64,000 bases of DNA from Dehalococcoidales bacterium (lineage in GTDB: Bacteria; Chloroflexota; Dehalococcoidia; Dehalococcoidales; RBG-16-60-22), in NCBI GenBank assembly GCA_034414775.1, contig DAOULX010000042.1:3590-67589 (forward strand), in the 5' to 3' direction. A model generated the notes under the pieces. The model worked only from the letters and a program-made list of their open reading frames with translations, was not told the DNA's origin and did no database searches. Numbering within the stretch: the first letter of the stretch is position 1; each line of letters begins with the position of its first letter. Below, one piece after another: positions 56,399-64,000 of the stretch. Both the position numbers and the translations under genes were made by a program.

Positions 56399-57268
56399 AT
56401 GGACGTTGCATCGCTGGTTGAACTCAAGGAGAACCCTAAAATCCCGGATATCGCTCCCGGGGATACCGTCAAGGTCAGCGCCAGGATTGTGGAGGCCGGT
56501 AAGGAGCGTATCCAGGTCTTCCAGGGCGTTGTACTCAAGATAAGGCGCGGCGGCGCCGGTGCCAGTTTTACGGTACGGCACGTCGCCTATGGCATAGGAG
56601 TGGAGAGGACATTCCCGCTTTACTCGCCGCTGGTCGAAAAAGTAGAGATCGTGCGTCAGGGTAAAGTACGGCGGGCCCGGCTTTATTACCTGCGCGGCCT
56701 TAGCGGCAAAGAAGCACGTCGCAAGATCAAGCGCGTTGAGAGGAAAGTGAAGCAGGTCGGCGAGGAGCTTTTAGAACCGGTTCAGGAAGAGGTCATGGAG
56801 CCTGAGGTTGCTGAGCTGGCTGAAGAAGTGGCACCCGTAGAAGGGGTGGAAGCAGTAGAAGCCCAGGTTGCCGAAGAGAAACCGACCGAAGCTCCGGCTA
56901 TGGAGGCAGAGCCAGTAGTGGAGGAGCTTGAGGTTGCCGAAGCCCCACCTGCTGAAGAGCCAGCCGAACCGGTAGCCGAGGAGAAACCGGCCGAAGCACC
57001 GGCCATGGAAGCGGAGCCAGTGGTGGAGGCGCCAGAGGTTGCCGAAGAGCCAGTTGAGCCGGTAGCCGAGGAGAAACCGGCCGAAGCACCAGCCATGGAA
57101 GCGGAACCAGCGGTGGAGACACCAGAAGTTGCCGAAGCCTTGCCTGCCGAAGAAACAGTTGAACCGGTAACCGAGGAGAAACCGGCCGAAGCGCCGTCCA
57201 TGGAAACAGAACCAACTGAAGTTCCTCCTGATGAAGAACCTCCCGCTGAGGAGAAAGAGACCGGCTAA
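56399..57268 (+). CDS. rplS: 50S ribosomal protein L19 with a roughly 170-aa acidic Pro/Glu/Ala tandem-repeat C-terminal extension
   Basis: Residues 1 to about 120 are a normal L19 ([11 protein letters not shown]...[16 protein letters not shown]...[10 protein letters not shown]...RRARLYYLR). Repeated [17 protein letters not shown]...PEVAE units follow, up to residue 289. Confidence 0.9.
   Translation: MDVASLVELKENPKIPDIAPGDTVKVSARIVEAGKERIQVFQGVVLKIRRGGAGASFTVRHVAYGIGVERTFPLYSPLVEKVEIVRQGKVRRARLYYLRGLSGKEARRKIKRVERKVKQVGEELLEPVQEEVMEPEVAELAEEVAPVEGVEAVEAQVAEEKPTEAPAMEAEPVVEELEVAEAPPAEEPAEPVAEEKPAEAPAMEAEPVVEAPEVAEEPVEPVAEEKPAEAPAMEAEPAVETPEVAEALPAEETVEPVTEEKPAEAPSMETEPTEVPPDEEPPAEEKETG
56873..57240 (+). 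repeat. In-frame tandem DNA repeats (105/90/105 nt plus a partial unit) inside the rplS 3' region
   Basis: Units begin with GA(A/G)GAGAAACCG(A/G)CCGAAGC at 56873, 56978, 57068 and 57173. Confidence 0.8.
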
Positions 57269-57313
57269 CCGGGGCAGGGCCTTGCCCCCAATAACTCCAC
57301 GCCGGAGTCCGGG

Positions 57314-59713
57314 ATGAGATACGCCGAAGTCAGCGTTAACTCACCGGCAGCCCGGCGCCGAACTTTCAGCTATGCCATACCGCCGGGACTCGATGTCCGC
57401 GAAGGACAGGCGGTGTTGGTCCCTTTCGGCGAGAGGACTCTCCAGGGTATCGTGCTGGCACTTAGTTTCGTCCCGGCCGTCGAGGATACCCGGGAAATAA
57501 TCGATATCATAGAACCTGAGCCGGTACTTTTCCAACACCATATCGCTTTAGCCCGCTGGATAAGCGATTATTATCTTTCACCGTTGTTCGATGCCGTTTC
57601 TCTGATGCTTCCTCCGGGATTCGAACGCAAGACCGTCACTCGTTTGAGCTTGACGTACGATGGTGTCGATACTTCGATGCTCGGTGATGACGAGCAGCGG
57701 GTGCTGGAACTGATGGCGCAGGGGAAAGTCGAGCCTGTCCAAATTGAAAAAGCCTTGGGTAAGAAAAGGGCCACCGTGGCTATCGCCAGCATCGTCCGGC
57801 GGGGACTGATTTCTCGTAACTATGAACTGGGTCCGGTACGCGTCAAACCGCGTAGCGAACTGTATATAAAGGTAGTAAGCGACACAGGGCGGGAGTACGG
57901 ACTGACGGAAAAGCAGGCAACACTCCTCGATTTTTTAAAGAGCCAGGACGCTCCAGTACACTGGGCGGAGGCCCGTCGCCAGACAGGTACTACTAAAGCC
58001 ATTGCTGATAACCTTGCCAAACGAGGGATGGTTAAATTATCTCAGGTCGAAGTTCAGCGGGAGCCAGTATCTTACAATAATATAAAGGTGTCCCGGCCGC
58101 TGGTGCTTACTGCTGACCAGTCTTCGGCTTTCGAAGCCATTAAGGAGTCGCTGGAAAAAGAAGAACAGCCAGAGGTATTTCTGCTCCATGGCGTCACCGG
58201 CAGTGGCAAGACGGAGGTCTATCTACAGACCCTGGCCGCAGCGGTACAACGGGGAAAGAAGGGTATCGTTCTGGTGCCGGAGATAGCCCTCACGCCTCAG
58301 ACCATAGAGCGTTTTGCCTCACGGTTCCCGCGACGGGTAGCGGTGCTGCACAGTCGGCTGTCCCTCGGTGAGCAGTACGACGAATGGTATCGCATCCGCG
58401 CCGGTGAGTTCGACGTCGTCATCGGCTCCCGCAGCGCCATCTTCGCTCCGCAGCCTGACCTGGGCCTGATTATTATCGATGAAGAGCACGAGTGGACCTA
58501 CAAGCAGGACAACTCGCCGCACTACCATGCCCGGAGCGTTGCCATCAAACTGGCAGAGATGGTCGGGGGCACCGTTGTCCTGGGGAGCGCCACACCGGAC
58601 ATCGAGACATATTTCAGAGCCCTTAACGGAGAGTACAGGTTACTGAAACTGCCGGAGAGGGTAGCCCCGGTCGCCGGGACGCCCCTGCCCCGCGTGGAAG
58701 TGGTGGACATGAGGGAGGAGCTCAAAACTGGTAACCGGGGAGTTTTCAGCCGGGCGCTGTCCCAGGCTGTTAATGAGGCTGTTGCGGCCGGGGAGCAGGT
58801 CATTCTCTTTCTGAACAGGCGGGGTGGGGCTACGTTCATCCAGTGCCGGCGTTGCGGTTATGTATTGCGCTGCCGCCGTTGCGAAGTGCCCCTGGCCCAG
58901 CATATCGCCGAAAATGTTCTTACCTGTCATCAATGCGGCTACAAGACGGCCGTTCCGCAAACCTGCCCGCAGTGCGGTAGTCCCCAGCTCAAGTTTCTCG
59001 GTACCGGGACGCAAAAGCTGGAGCAGGAAACGCGCTATACGTTTCCGCGGGCCCGGCAGCTCCGCTGGGACAGCGATATCGCCACCGGGCGCACGTCCCA
59101 CCAGGACATCTTGGAGAAGTTTCGCGGCCGCCAGGCCGAAATCCTCATCGGTACACAAATGGTGGCCAAGGGGCTGGATATCCCCTCGGTAACACTGGTT
59201 GGGGTAGTCAGCGCCGATACCTCGTTGAACCTGCCTGATTTTCGGGCCGGGGAGCGGACCTACCAGCTCCTCAGCCAGGTTGCAGGGCGGGCTGGGAGGG
59301 GGCCTTCCGGGGGCCGGGTTATTATCCAGACGTACTCGCCGGAGCACTATGCCATTCGCGCCGCCGTCCGTCATGACTATCAGTCATTTTACGAACAGGA
59401 AATAGACTTCCGGCGGCAGCTCAACGAGCCACCTTTGACGCAGCTGGCGCGGCTCCTCTATGTCCATACCAACGATGCCGCTTGCCAACGTGAAGCGGAG
59501 CGGATGAAGCAGCGTCTCAACGAGGAGATCGGGGCACGGGGTGTCGGAGGCATCGATATTATTGGACCGGCACCGGCCTTTATCCACCGCCGTCGCGGCC
59601 GTTTCCGCTGGCACCTCATTCTCCGCGGTACCGGGCTGGCGGCTTTCCTGACTCCGGTAGACTTTCCCAAAGGCTGGACGGTGGATGTTGACCCGGTGGG
59701 TTTGCTTCAGTAA
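57314..59713 (+). CDS. priA: Primosomal protein N' (replication restart helicase PriA)
   Basis: 799 aa with a Walker A motif GVTGSGKTE, a DEEH box and a Cys-rich zinc region (CRRCGYVLRCRRCEVPL...CHQCGY...CPQCGS). Confidence 0.95.
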   Translation: MRYAEVSVNSPAARRRTFSYAIPPGLDVREGQAVLVPFGERTLQGIVLALSFVPAVEDTREIIDIIEPEPVLFQHHIALARWISDYYLSPLFDAVSLMLPPGFERKTVTRLSLTYDGVDTSMLGDDEQRVLELMAQGKVEPVQIEKALGKKRATVAIASIVRRGLISRNYELGPVRVKPRSELYIKVVSDTGREYGLTEKQATLLDFLKSQDAPVHWAEARRQTGTTKAIADNLAKRGMVKLSQVEVQREPVSYNNIKVSRPLVLTADQSSAFEAIKESLEKEEQPEVFLLHGVTGSGKTEVYLQTLAAAVQRGKKGIVLVPEIALTPQTIERFASRFPRRVAVLHSRLSLGEQYDEWYRIRAGEFDVVIGSRSAIFAPQPDLGLIIIDEEHEWTYKQDNSPHYHARSVAIKLAEMVGGTVVLGSATPDIETYFRALNGEYRLLKLPERVAPVAGTPLPRVEVVDMREELKTGNRGVFSRALSQAVNEAVAAGEQVILFLNRRGGATFIQCRRCGYVLRCRRCEVPLAQHIAENVLTCHQCGYKTAVPQTCPQCGSPQLKFLGTGTQKLEQETRYTFPRARQLRWDSDIATGRTSHQDILEKFRGRQAEILIGTQMVAKGLDIPSVTLVGVVSADTSLNLPDFRAGERTYQLLSQVAGRAGRGPSGGRVIIQTYSPEHYAIRAAVRHDYQSFYEQEIDFRRQLNEPPLTQLARLLYVHTNDAACQREAERMKQRLNEEIGARGVGGIDIIGPAPAFIHRRRGRFRWHLILRGTGLAAFLTPVDFPKGWTVDVDPVGLLQ

Positions 59714-59750
59714 ACTGAAAATGGATATCTAGGTAGGGACAAGGAGACCT

Positions 59751-60239
59751 ATGGCGGTTCTACCGATACGGACTGTGCCGGACCCCATTTTGAGGCGTAA
59801 AACCAGGCGTGTCTCGACGATCGATAAGTCAGTCAAGAAACTGATCGCGGACATGGTGGAAACTTTACACGCCGAAGAGGGGCGGGTCGGCCTGGCCGCC
59901 AATCAAATCGGTGTTTCCCTGCGTGCCACGGTAATCTGCCTGCCGGAGGGAGAGGATATTATCCTGGTCAACCCGGAGATAGTCCGCCGTAAGGGCGAGC
60001 GGCTGGTTTCCGAAGGGTGTCTCAGTGTGCCCGGCTATATCGGCCAGCTTACGCGGGCAGAATCGGTAACGGCCAAAGGACTGGATATCGACGGGAAACA
60101 GGTCAGAATCAAGGCGGACGGACTGCTGGCGCAAGCCCTGGAGCACGAGACCGATCATCTCAACGGGAAGCTTTACATCGACTATCCCGGCTGCCTGGAT
60201 ACGCTGCGTAAGGTCCAACCGGAGGACATAGAGATATAA
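59751..60239 (+). CDS. def: Peptide deformylase
   Basis: GLAANQIG, EGCLSVPG and HETDHLNG motifs are present. Confidence 0.95.
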   Translation: MAVLPIRTVPDPILRRKTRRVSTIDKSVKKLIADMVETLHAEEGRVGLAANQIGVSLRATVICLPEGEDIILVNPEIVRRKGERLVSEGCLSVPGYIGQLTRAESVTAKGLDIDGKQVRIKADGLLAQALEHETDHLNGKLYIDYPGCLDTLRKVQPEDIEI

Positions 60240-60257
60240 AAAGGTCAAGTCGGGCTT

Positions 60258-60590
60258 TCAGACTTCTACCAGAGGATCGGCGGAGGCCATTCGCCGGACG
60301 ATGTGATTATATCGCCTCACGGGTGTCTCGGCCATGGCCGGGGTAGACGGCTCGGCATTGAAATAAAACAGGTCGTCGAGAAGGCACTCGGGAAAGGCCT
60401 TTTTAGCTCCGACGATGAACTTTTCATTAATGCCACGCTTTCCTTCACGAACGCGGTATACCTGACTGACAGATAATCCCATAGCCCTGGCTAGGTCGGA
60501 CAGGTTATTATACCTGCTGCTGGCCATATCAAAGACCCTTGTCCTGATAATCATAAGCGTATTAGGATTACTTATGTGCCAAATGTCCAC
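60258..60590 (-). CDS. XRE-type helix-turn-helix protein
   Basis: NLSDLARAMGLSVSQVYRVREGKRGI is an HTH core. The start codon is uncertain because several in-frame Met codons are available. Confidence 0.55.
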   Translation of the reverse strand: MDIWHISNPNTLMIIRTRVFDMASSRYNNLSDLARAMGLSVSQVYRVREGKRGINEKFIVGAKKAFPECLLDDLFYFNAEPSTPAMAETPVRRYNHIVRRMASADPLVEV

Positions 60591-60759
60591 ATTATAGTAT
60601 CAATAATTACAATTGTCAAGACTGTAATAAACATAAATCAGGAAAATGTTAACGAGCGAATCAAAAGCCGCGGCGCCAGATTCGGTTATAACTCAAGCGG
60701 CAACTGACAACCGGTAAACGATTTGTGCTACAATAATGTGATTATGTCAGTGATAAGCT

Positions 60760-62217
60760 ATGCCTGAAGTTCACAAGCCGGGAGATAGGATCTTCCGTCC
60801 CCGGCGAATAAAGCGTTTCCGGCTCAGGAGGGTGCTGGGGATACCCGCCGTATTCTCCGCAGGTTACGGAAACGTCGGCTCGTCTATCTATTACGCCCTG
60901 GGTATCGTGGCGCTGGTTGCCCTGGGCGCGACGCCGGTGGCGCTGGGCATCGCCGGTATCCTTTTTATTTTTACAGCATTGACCTACGCCGAAGGTACGG
61001 CCGCCTTGCCGGAAGCGGGCGGTTCGGCCAGCTTCGCCCGGCACGGCTTCGGCAATACGGCCGGCTTCGTGGCCGGCTGGGCTCTTATGCTCAGTTATAT
61101 CGTAACCATCTCTATTTCGGCCTATACCATTCCGCCCTACCTGGGTTTTTTCTGGGAGCCGTTCAAGTCTTCGCCTGTAATCGGCACTCTGGCTTCGGTT
61201 GTTATTGTTTTTTTCCTGATGGTCGTCAATGTCATCGGCATCAGGGAGACGTCTCTGATCAATGTCGGGGCGACCCTGATTGACATTCTGACCCAGGTGT
61301 CGCTGGTGGTGATAGGCTTCATCCTGCTGTTTGATCCATCGCGAGTCTGGAACAGCATGCTGGCGAACTGGCCCAGCGGCGAGAACCTGGTGCTCGGTAT
61401 AGCCCTGGCGACAATAGCCTATACCGGCATCGAGACGATGTCTCAGATGGCGGAAGAGACCAAGCGGCCGGAGACCAATGTCCCTCGGGCGCTGGTAATG
61501 ATGATCGTCGCCGTGCTGGTGATATTCGCCGGCATTTCCCTGGTCTCGCTTTCCGCCATGACCCCTCAGGAACTGGCCACGGACTGGGCGCGGGACCCCG
61601 TGGCCGGGATTGCCTCCAATCTGCCGGTGGCGATGATACGTTTTATCCTGGAGCCACTCATCGCCATCCTGGCGGGCACGATACTGCTGATTGCCACCAA
61701 CGCCGGGGTGATCGGGATATCGCGGCTTGCTTTCTCGCAGGGTACTCACGGCCTGGTACCTCCGCTGCTGAGCAAGGTGCACACCCGCTTCAAGACCCCG
61801 TACATAGCTATCATCATCTTTAGCCTTATCGCTATTGCTTTGCTGATCCCGGGATTCTTCGCAACGGACGTCTTCGCCAACATGGGGGCCTTGTACGCGG
61901 TCGGTTCTCTCCTGGCTTTCATGTTCTCCCATGCTTCCATCCTCGGGCTGCGCATCAGAAAACCGGAGATGGAGCGTCCGTTCAAGCTCGGCTGGAATCT
62001 CAGGATAAAGGGGCGGGAACTTCCCATCAGCGCCGTTATCGGCCTACTGGCGACTTCGACGATTTGGGTGATCATCCTTATCACCCAGGACTACAGCCGC
62101 TGGGTGGGCCTCGGCTGGATGGCCGGCGGCCTGATCATCTACTTTGCATTCCAGAGGAGGCGGCGCCTGAAGAAGCCTTCCGAGGAATGGGAGATAAAGC
62201 CGGAGAAAAGACGGTAA
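60760..62217 (+). CDS. APC-superfamily amino acid/polyamine permease
   Basis: 485 aa with about 12 TM segments and an N-terminal APC pattern (FSAGYGNVGSSIYYALG). Confidence 0.85.
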   Translation: MPEVHKPGDRIFRPRRIKRFRLRRVLGIPAVFSAGYGNVGSSIYYALGIVALVALGATPVALGIAGILFIFTALTYAEGTAALPEAGGSASFARHGFGNTAGFVAGWALMLSYIVTISISAYTIPPYLGFFWEPFKSSPVIGTLASVVIVFFLMVVNVIGIRETSLINVGATLIDILTQVSLVVIGFILLFDPSRVWNSMLANWPSGENLVLGIALATIAYTGIETMSQMAEETKRPETNVPRALVMMIVAVLVIFAGISLVSLSAMTPQELATDWARDPVAGIASNLPVAMIRFILEPLIAILAGTILLIATNAGVIGISRLAFSQGTHGLVPPLLSKVHTRFKTPYIAIIIFSLIAIALLIPGFFATDVFANMGALYAVGSLLAFMFSHASILGLRIRKPEMERPFKLGWNLRIKGRELPISAVIGLLATSTIWVIILITQDYSRWVGLGWMAGGLIIYFAFQRRRRLKKPSEEWEIKPEKRR

Positions 62218-62277
62218 AATCCACCAATCGGGTATTGTAGAATTACGGCAATTAGATTATAATAACTGTCTGATAAA

Positions 62278-62694
62278 ATGGAATTTAAAAAGGTACTGGT
62301 GCCCGTGGCGGGCAGTCCGGCGGACGAAGAGGCGATGAGGCTGGCCTGTCGGTTCGCCAAGAAAGATAAGGGTAAAATCTGGGTAGTATCCGTCGTGGCC
62401 GTTAAACGCGCCCTGCCACTTGACGCTGAAATTGATTCCGAAATCAGGCATGCTGAGGATGTACTGGACAAGGCGCAAACCATTGCCGAAGAGGAAGATT
62501 ACGAGGTAGAGACGGATATTCTTCAGGCCAGGGATGCTGGCCCGGCGATTGTGGACGAGGCGGTAGAGAGGGGTGTGGACCTCATTTTAATGGGGTTTTC
62601 TTACAAGAGGCGCTTTGGCCAGTACAGCCTGGGGCATGTCGTGCCATTCGTCTTGAAAAACTCACCATGCCCGGTTATACTTTACCAGCAATAA
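62278..62694 (+). CDS. Universal stress protein (UspA family)
   Basis: 138 aa with KKVLVPVAGS... and a C-terminal G-x2-G-x9-G(S/T)-like region (GFSYKRRFGQYSLGHV). Confidence 0.85.
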   Translation: MEFKKVLVPVAGSPADEEAMRLACRFAKKDKGKIWVVSVVAVKRALPLDAEIDSEIRHAEDVLDKAQTIAEEEDYEVETDILQARDAGPAIVDEAVERGVDLILMGFSYKRRFGQYSLGHVVPFVLKNSPCPVILYQQ

Positions 62695-62721
62695 CACTGA
62701 AACATTGAAATTATTTATAGC

Positions 62722-63132
62722 ATGAAAATTATTATTATGGGTTGCGGACGAGTTGGAGCCCGGCTGGCATCCCTCCTGGATGAGGACGGACACGAAGTAA
62801 CCGTCCTGGATAATGATACTTACAGTTTCCGCCGGTTACCGTCTTCCTTCGGTGGTACGGCTCTCTTCGGCAACGGCATCGATGAAGAAGCGTTAAAGCG
62901 GGCTGGCATCGAGGGGGCGGATGTTTTTGTAGCGTTGACTCAGGGCGACAACCGCAACGTCATGTCCTGCCAGATCGCCAAGCACATCTTCAACGTGCCA
63001 AGGGTCATTTGTCGCATATATGACCCTCTACGAGAGGAAATGTACGGTACGTTGGGACTGGAAACGATAAGCCCAACCAAGATTTTCGCTCAACTATTCC
63101 GTACGAAACTAGAGAATCCCGAGGTTGAATAA
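62722..63132 (+). CDS. trkA: TrkA-N (RCK N-terminal, NAD-binding) domain protein
   Basis: MKIIIMGCGRVG Rossmann motif. The 136-aa product has the N domain only. Confidence 0.8.
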   Translation: MKIIIMGCGRVGARLASLLDEDGHEVTVLDNDTYSFRRLPSSFGGTALFGNGIDEEALKRAGIEGADVFVALTQGDNRNVMSCQIAKHIFNVPRVICRIYDPLREEMYGTLGLETISPTKIFAQLFRTKLENPEVE

Positions 63133-63135
63133 TAT

Positions 63136-63804
63136 ATGTATATTGTAGTAATCGGCGGAGGGCGCCTGGGCTACTACTTGTTAAAAGGATTGATTAACGA
63201 GGGACACGAGGTCCTTGTGGTAGAAAAAGACCCACGTATCTGCAAGACCATCACCGATGAACTGGGGAGCGTCTGCTTCCGTGGGGACGGTTGTGAGGTG
63301 GCGACACTGGCCGAGGTGGGAACGGGCCGCGCTGATATGCTGGTGGCCGTTACCGGCGACGATGAAGACAACCTGGTTTCCTGCCAGGTAGCCAAGCACA
63401 AGTATAACGTACCACGGACCATCTCGCGGATCCGTAATCCCCAGAACGCTATCCTCTTTAAAAAGCTGGGAATAGACAGAACGGTCAGTTCCACGGACCT
63501 CATCCTGGAGGCCATCGAACGTGATGTACCAACGCACCCGGTAACCGAGCTGCTTTCCCTGGAAGAACAAGGGGAAGTGATTGTCGATGTCAAGATATCG
63601 GAGCAATCTGCCACGGTAGGTAAGAATGTCAGGGATCTATCCCTGCCCCAGGAGAGCAAACTGGCGTTGATAATACCGGCGGAAGGTAGCGCCTATGTAC
63701 CTGCACCCAATACGGTGCTCCATGCCGGCGACCAGATAATAGCCGTTACCACGGCAGAGACCAAGGAAGCGCTGCGGGCGGCTCTACGGGGCGTCGAACC
63801 CTAG
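63136..63804 (+). CDS. trkA: Trk/Ktr potassium uptake regulatory subunit (TrkA-N + TrkA-C)
   Basis: IVVIGGGRLG Rossmann motif plus a C-terminal RCK_C pattern. Confidence 0.85.
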   Translation: MYIVVIGGGRLGYYLLKGLINEGHEVLVVEKDPRICKTITDELGSVCFRGDGCEVATLAEVGTGRADMLVAVTGDDEDNLVSCQVAKHKYNVPRTISRIRNPQNAILFKKLGIDRTVSSTDLILEAIERDVPTHPVTELLSLEEQGEVIVDVKISEQSATVGKNVRDLSLPQESKLALIIPAEGSAYVPAPNTVLHAGDQIIAVTTAETKEALRAALRGVEP

Positions 63805-63933
63805 TCGGTACCTTCAGGGTTCGCTTATTTTCAACCATTTTAGAGTCTTTCTATTTCAATTCGTATTTGACTTCCGACGCCGGTTTGTTATATCGTCAGT
63901 TCCGGTTCGCCAATTGGCAAACCGGAGACGCTC

Positions 63934-64000
63934 GTGAAGTCCGAAAATCTTAAAGGCGTCTGGATTCTGGCGGCTTTACTGCTGGCGGCGGTTATCATCG
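63934..64000 (+). CDS. Possible 5' end of a membrane protein gene (runs off the window)
   Basis: A GTG is preceded by GGAGA, and the translation VKSENLKGVWILAALLLAAVII is hydrophobic. A Trk/Ktr membrane subunit would be expected here, but identity cannot be shown from 22 codons. Confidence 0.25.
   Translation, partial: MKSENLKGVWILAALLLAAVII

Noticed and set aside
56873-57240. The tandem repeats in rplS, and the 33/75-nt periodic DNA at 40237-41622, could be CRISPR or VNTR arrays.
   Set aside because: The repeats are contiguous without unique spacers, stay in frame and lie inside long ORFs, so they are coding repeats. No CRISPR-like repeat-spacer architecture or cas genes occur anywhere in the window.
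60742-61932. A 396-aa minus-strand ORF lies antisense to the APC permease gene. Similar antisense ORFs occur at 19360-20163, 45115-45915, 54908-55609 and 58640-59374.
   Set aside because: All lie fully inside well-supported genes on the other strand. They encode Arg/Gly/His/Pro-rich low-complexity products with no recognisable domains.

Overview
The window is bacterial chromosome: it encodes FtsA, MraZ/RsmH, PriA, peptide deformylase, and RF2 with the classical +1 frameshift. It is gene-dense and mostly housekeeping.

Main content:
- A complete F1Fo ATP synthase operon (atpZ-B-E-F-H-A-G-D-C), interrupted by a DUF3795 gene, a 38-codon ORF and two copies of a palindromic repeat.
- Translation genes: serS, lysS, prfB, rpsP, trmD, rplS, def, miaB and dtd, plus three tRNAs.
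- Replication and repair genes: dnaX-ybaB-recR, recO, radC, nfi, priA and an endonuclease III-like gene.
- Central metabolism genes: gap, eno, nadC, pyrD and a homocitrate/isopropylmalate synthase family gene.
- A 1348-aa beta-PGM/trehalose-phosphatase/GH65 fusion.
- A minimal mraZ-rsmH-ftsA-ftsZ cluster with no peptidoglycan genes between rsmH and ftsA. This suggests a wall-less, Dehalococcoidia-like Chloroflexota organism, which is inference only.

The standout is a four-gene module at about 38.7-44.7 kb. Two paralogous 391-aa CetZ/tubulin-like GTPases have a GQCGG T1 loop, a GGTGSG signature and an identical FtsZ-tail-like C-terminus, KDIPSLL. They bracket an 818-aa protein built from exactly phased 25-residue and 11-residue repeats and a 162-aa hendecad-repeat protein. 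Each of the four genes has its own near-consensus sigma70-type promoter. A canonical FtsZ/FtsA pair is encoded separately about 5.5 kb away. I interpret the module as a candidate, apparently undescribed, accessory bacterial tubulin-superfamily cytoskeletal system.

Other notable items:
- An orphan archaellin-like gene.
- A predicted MraZ operator.
- Ribosomal protein L19 with a long tandem-repeat tail.
- A three-copy REP/MITE-like element.
- Several decayed genes next to tRNAs.

No CRISPR array, rRNA or intact mobile element was seen.
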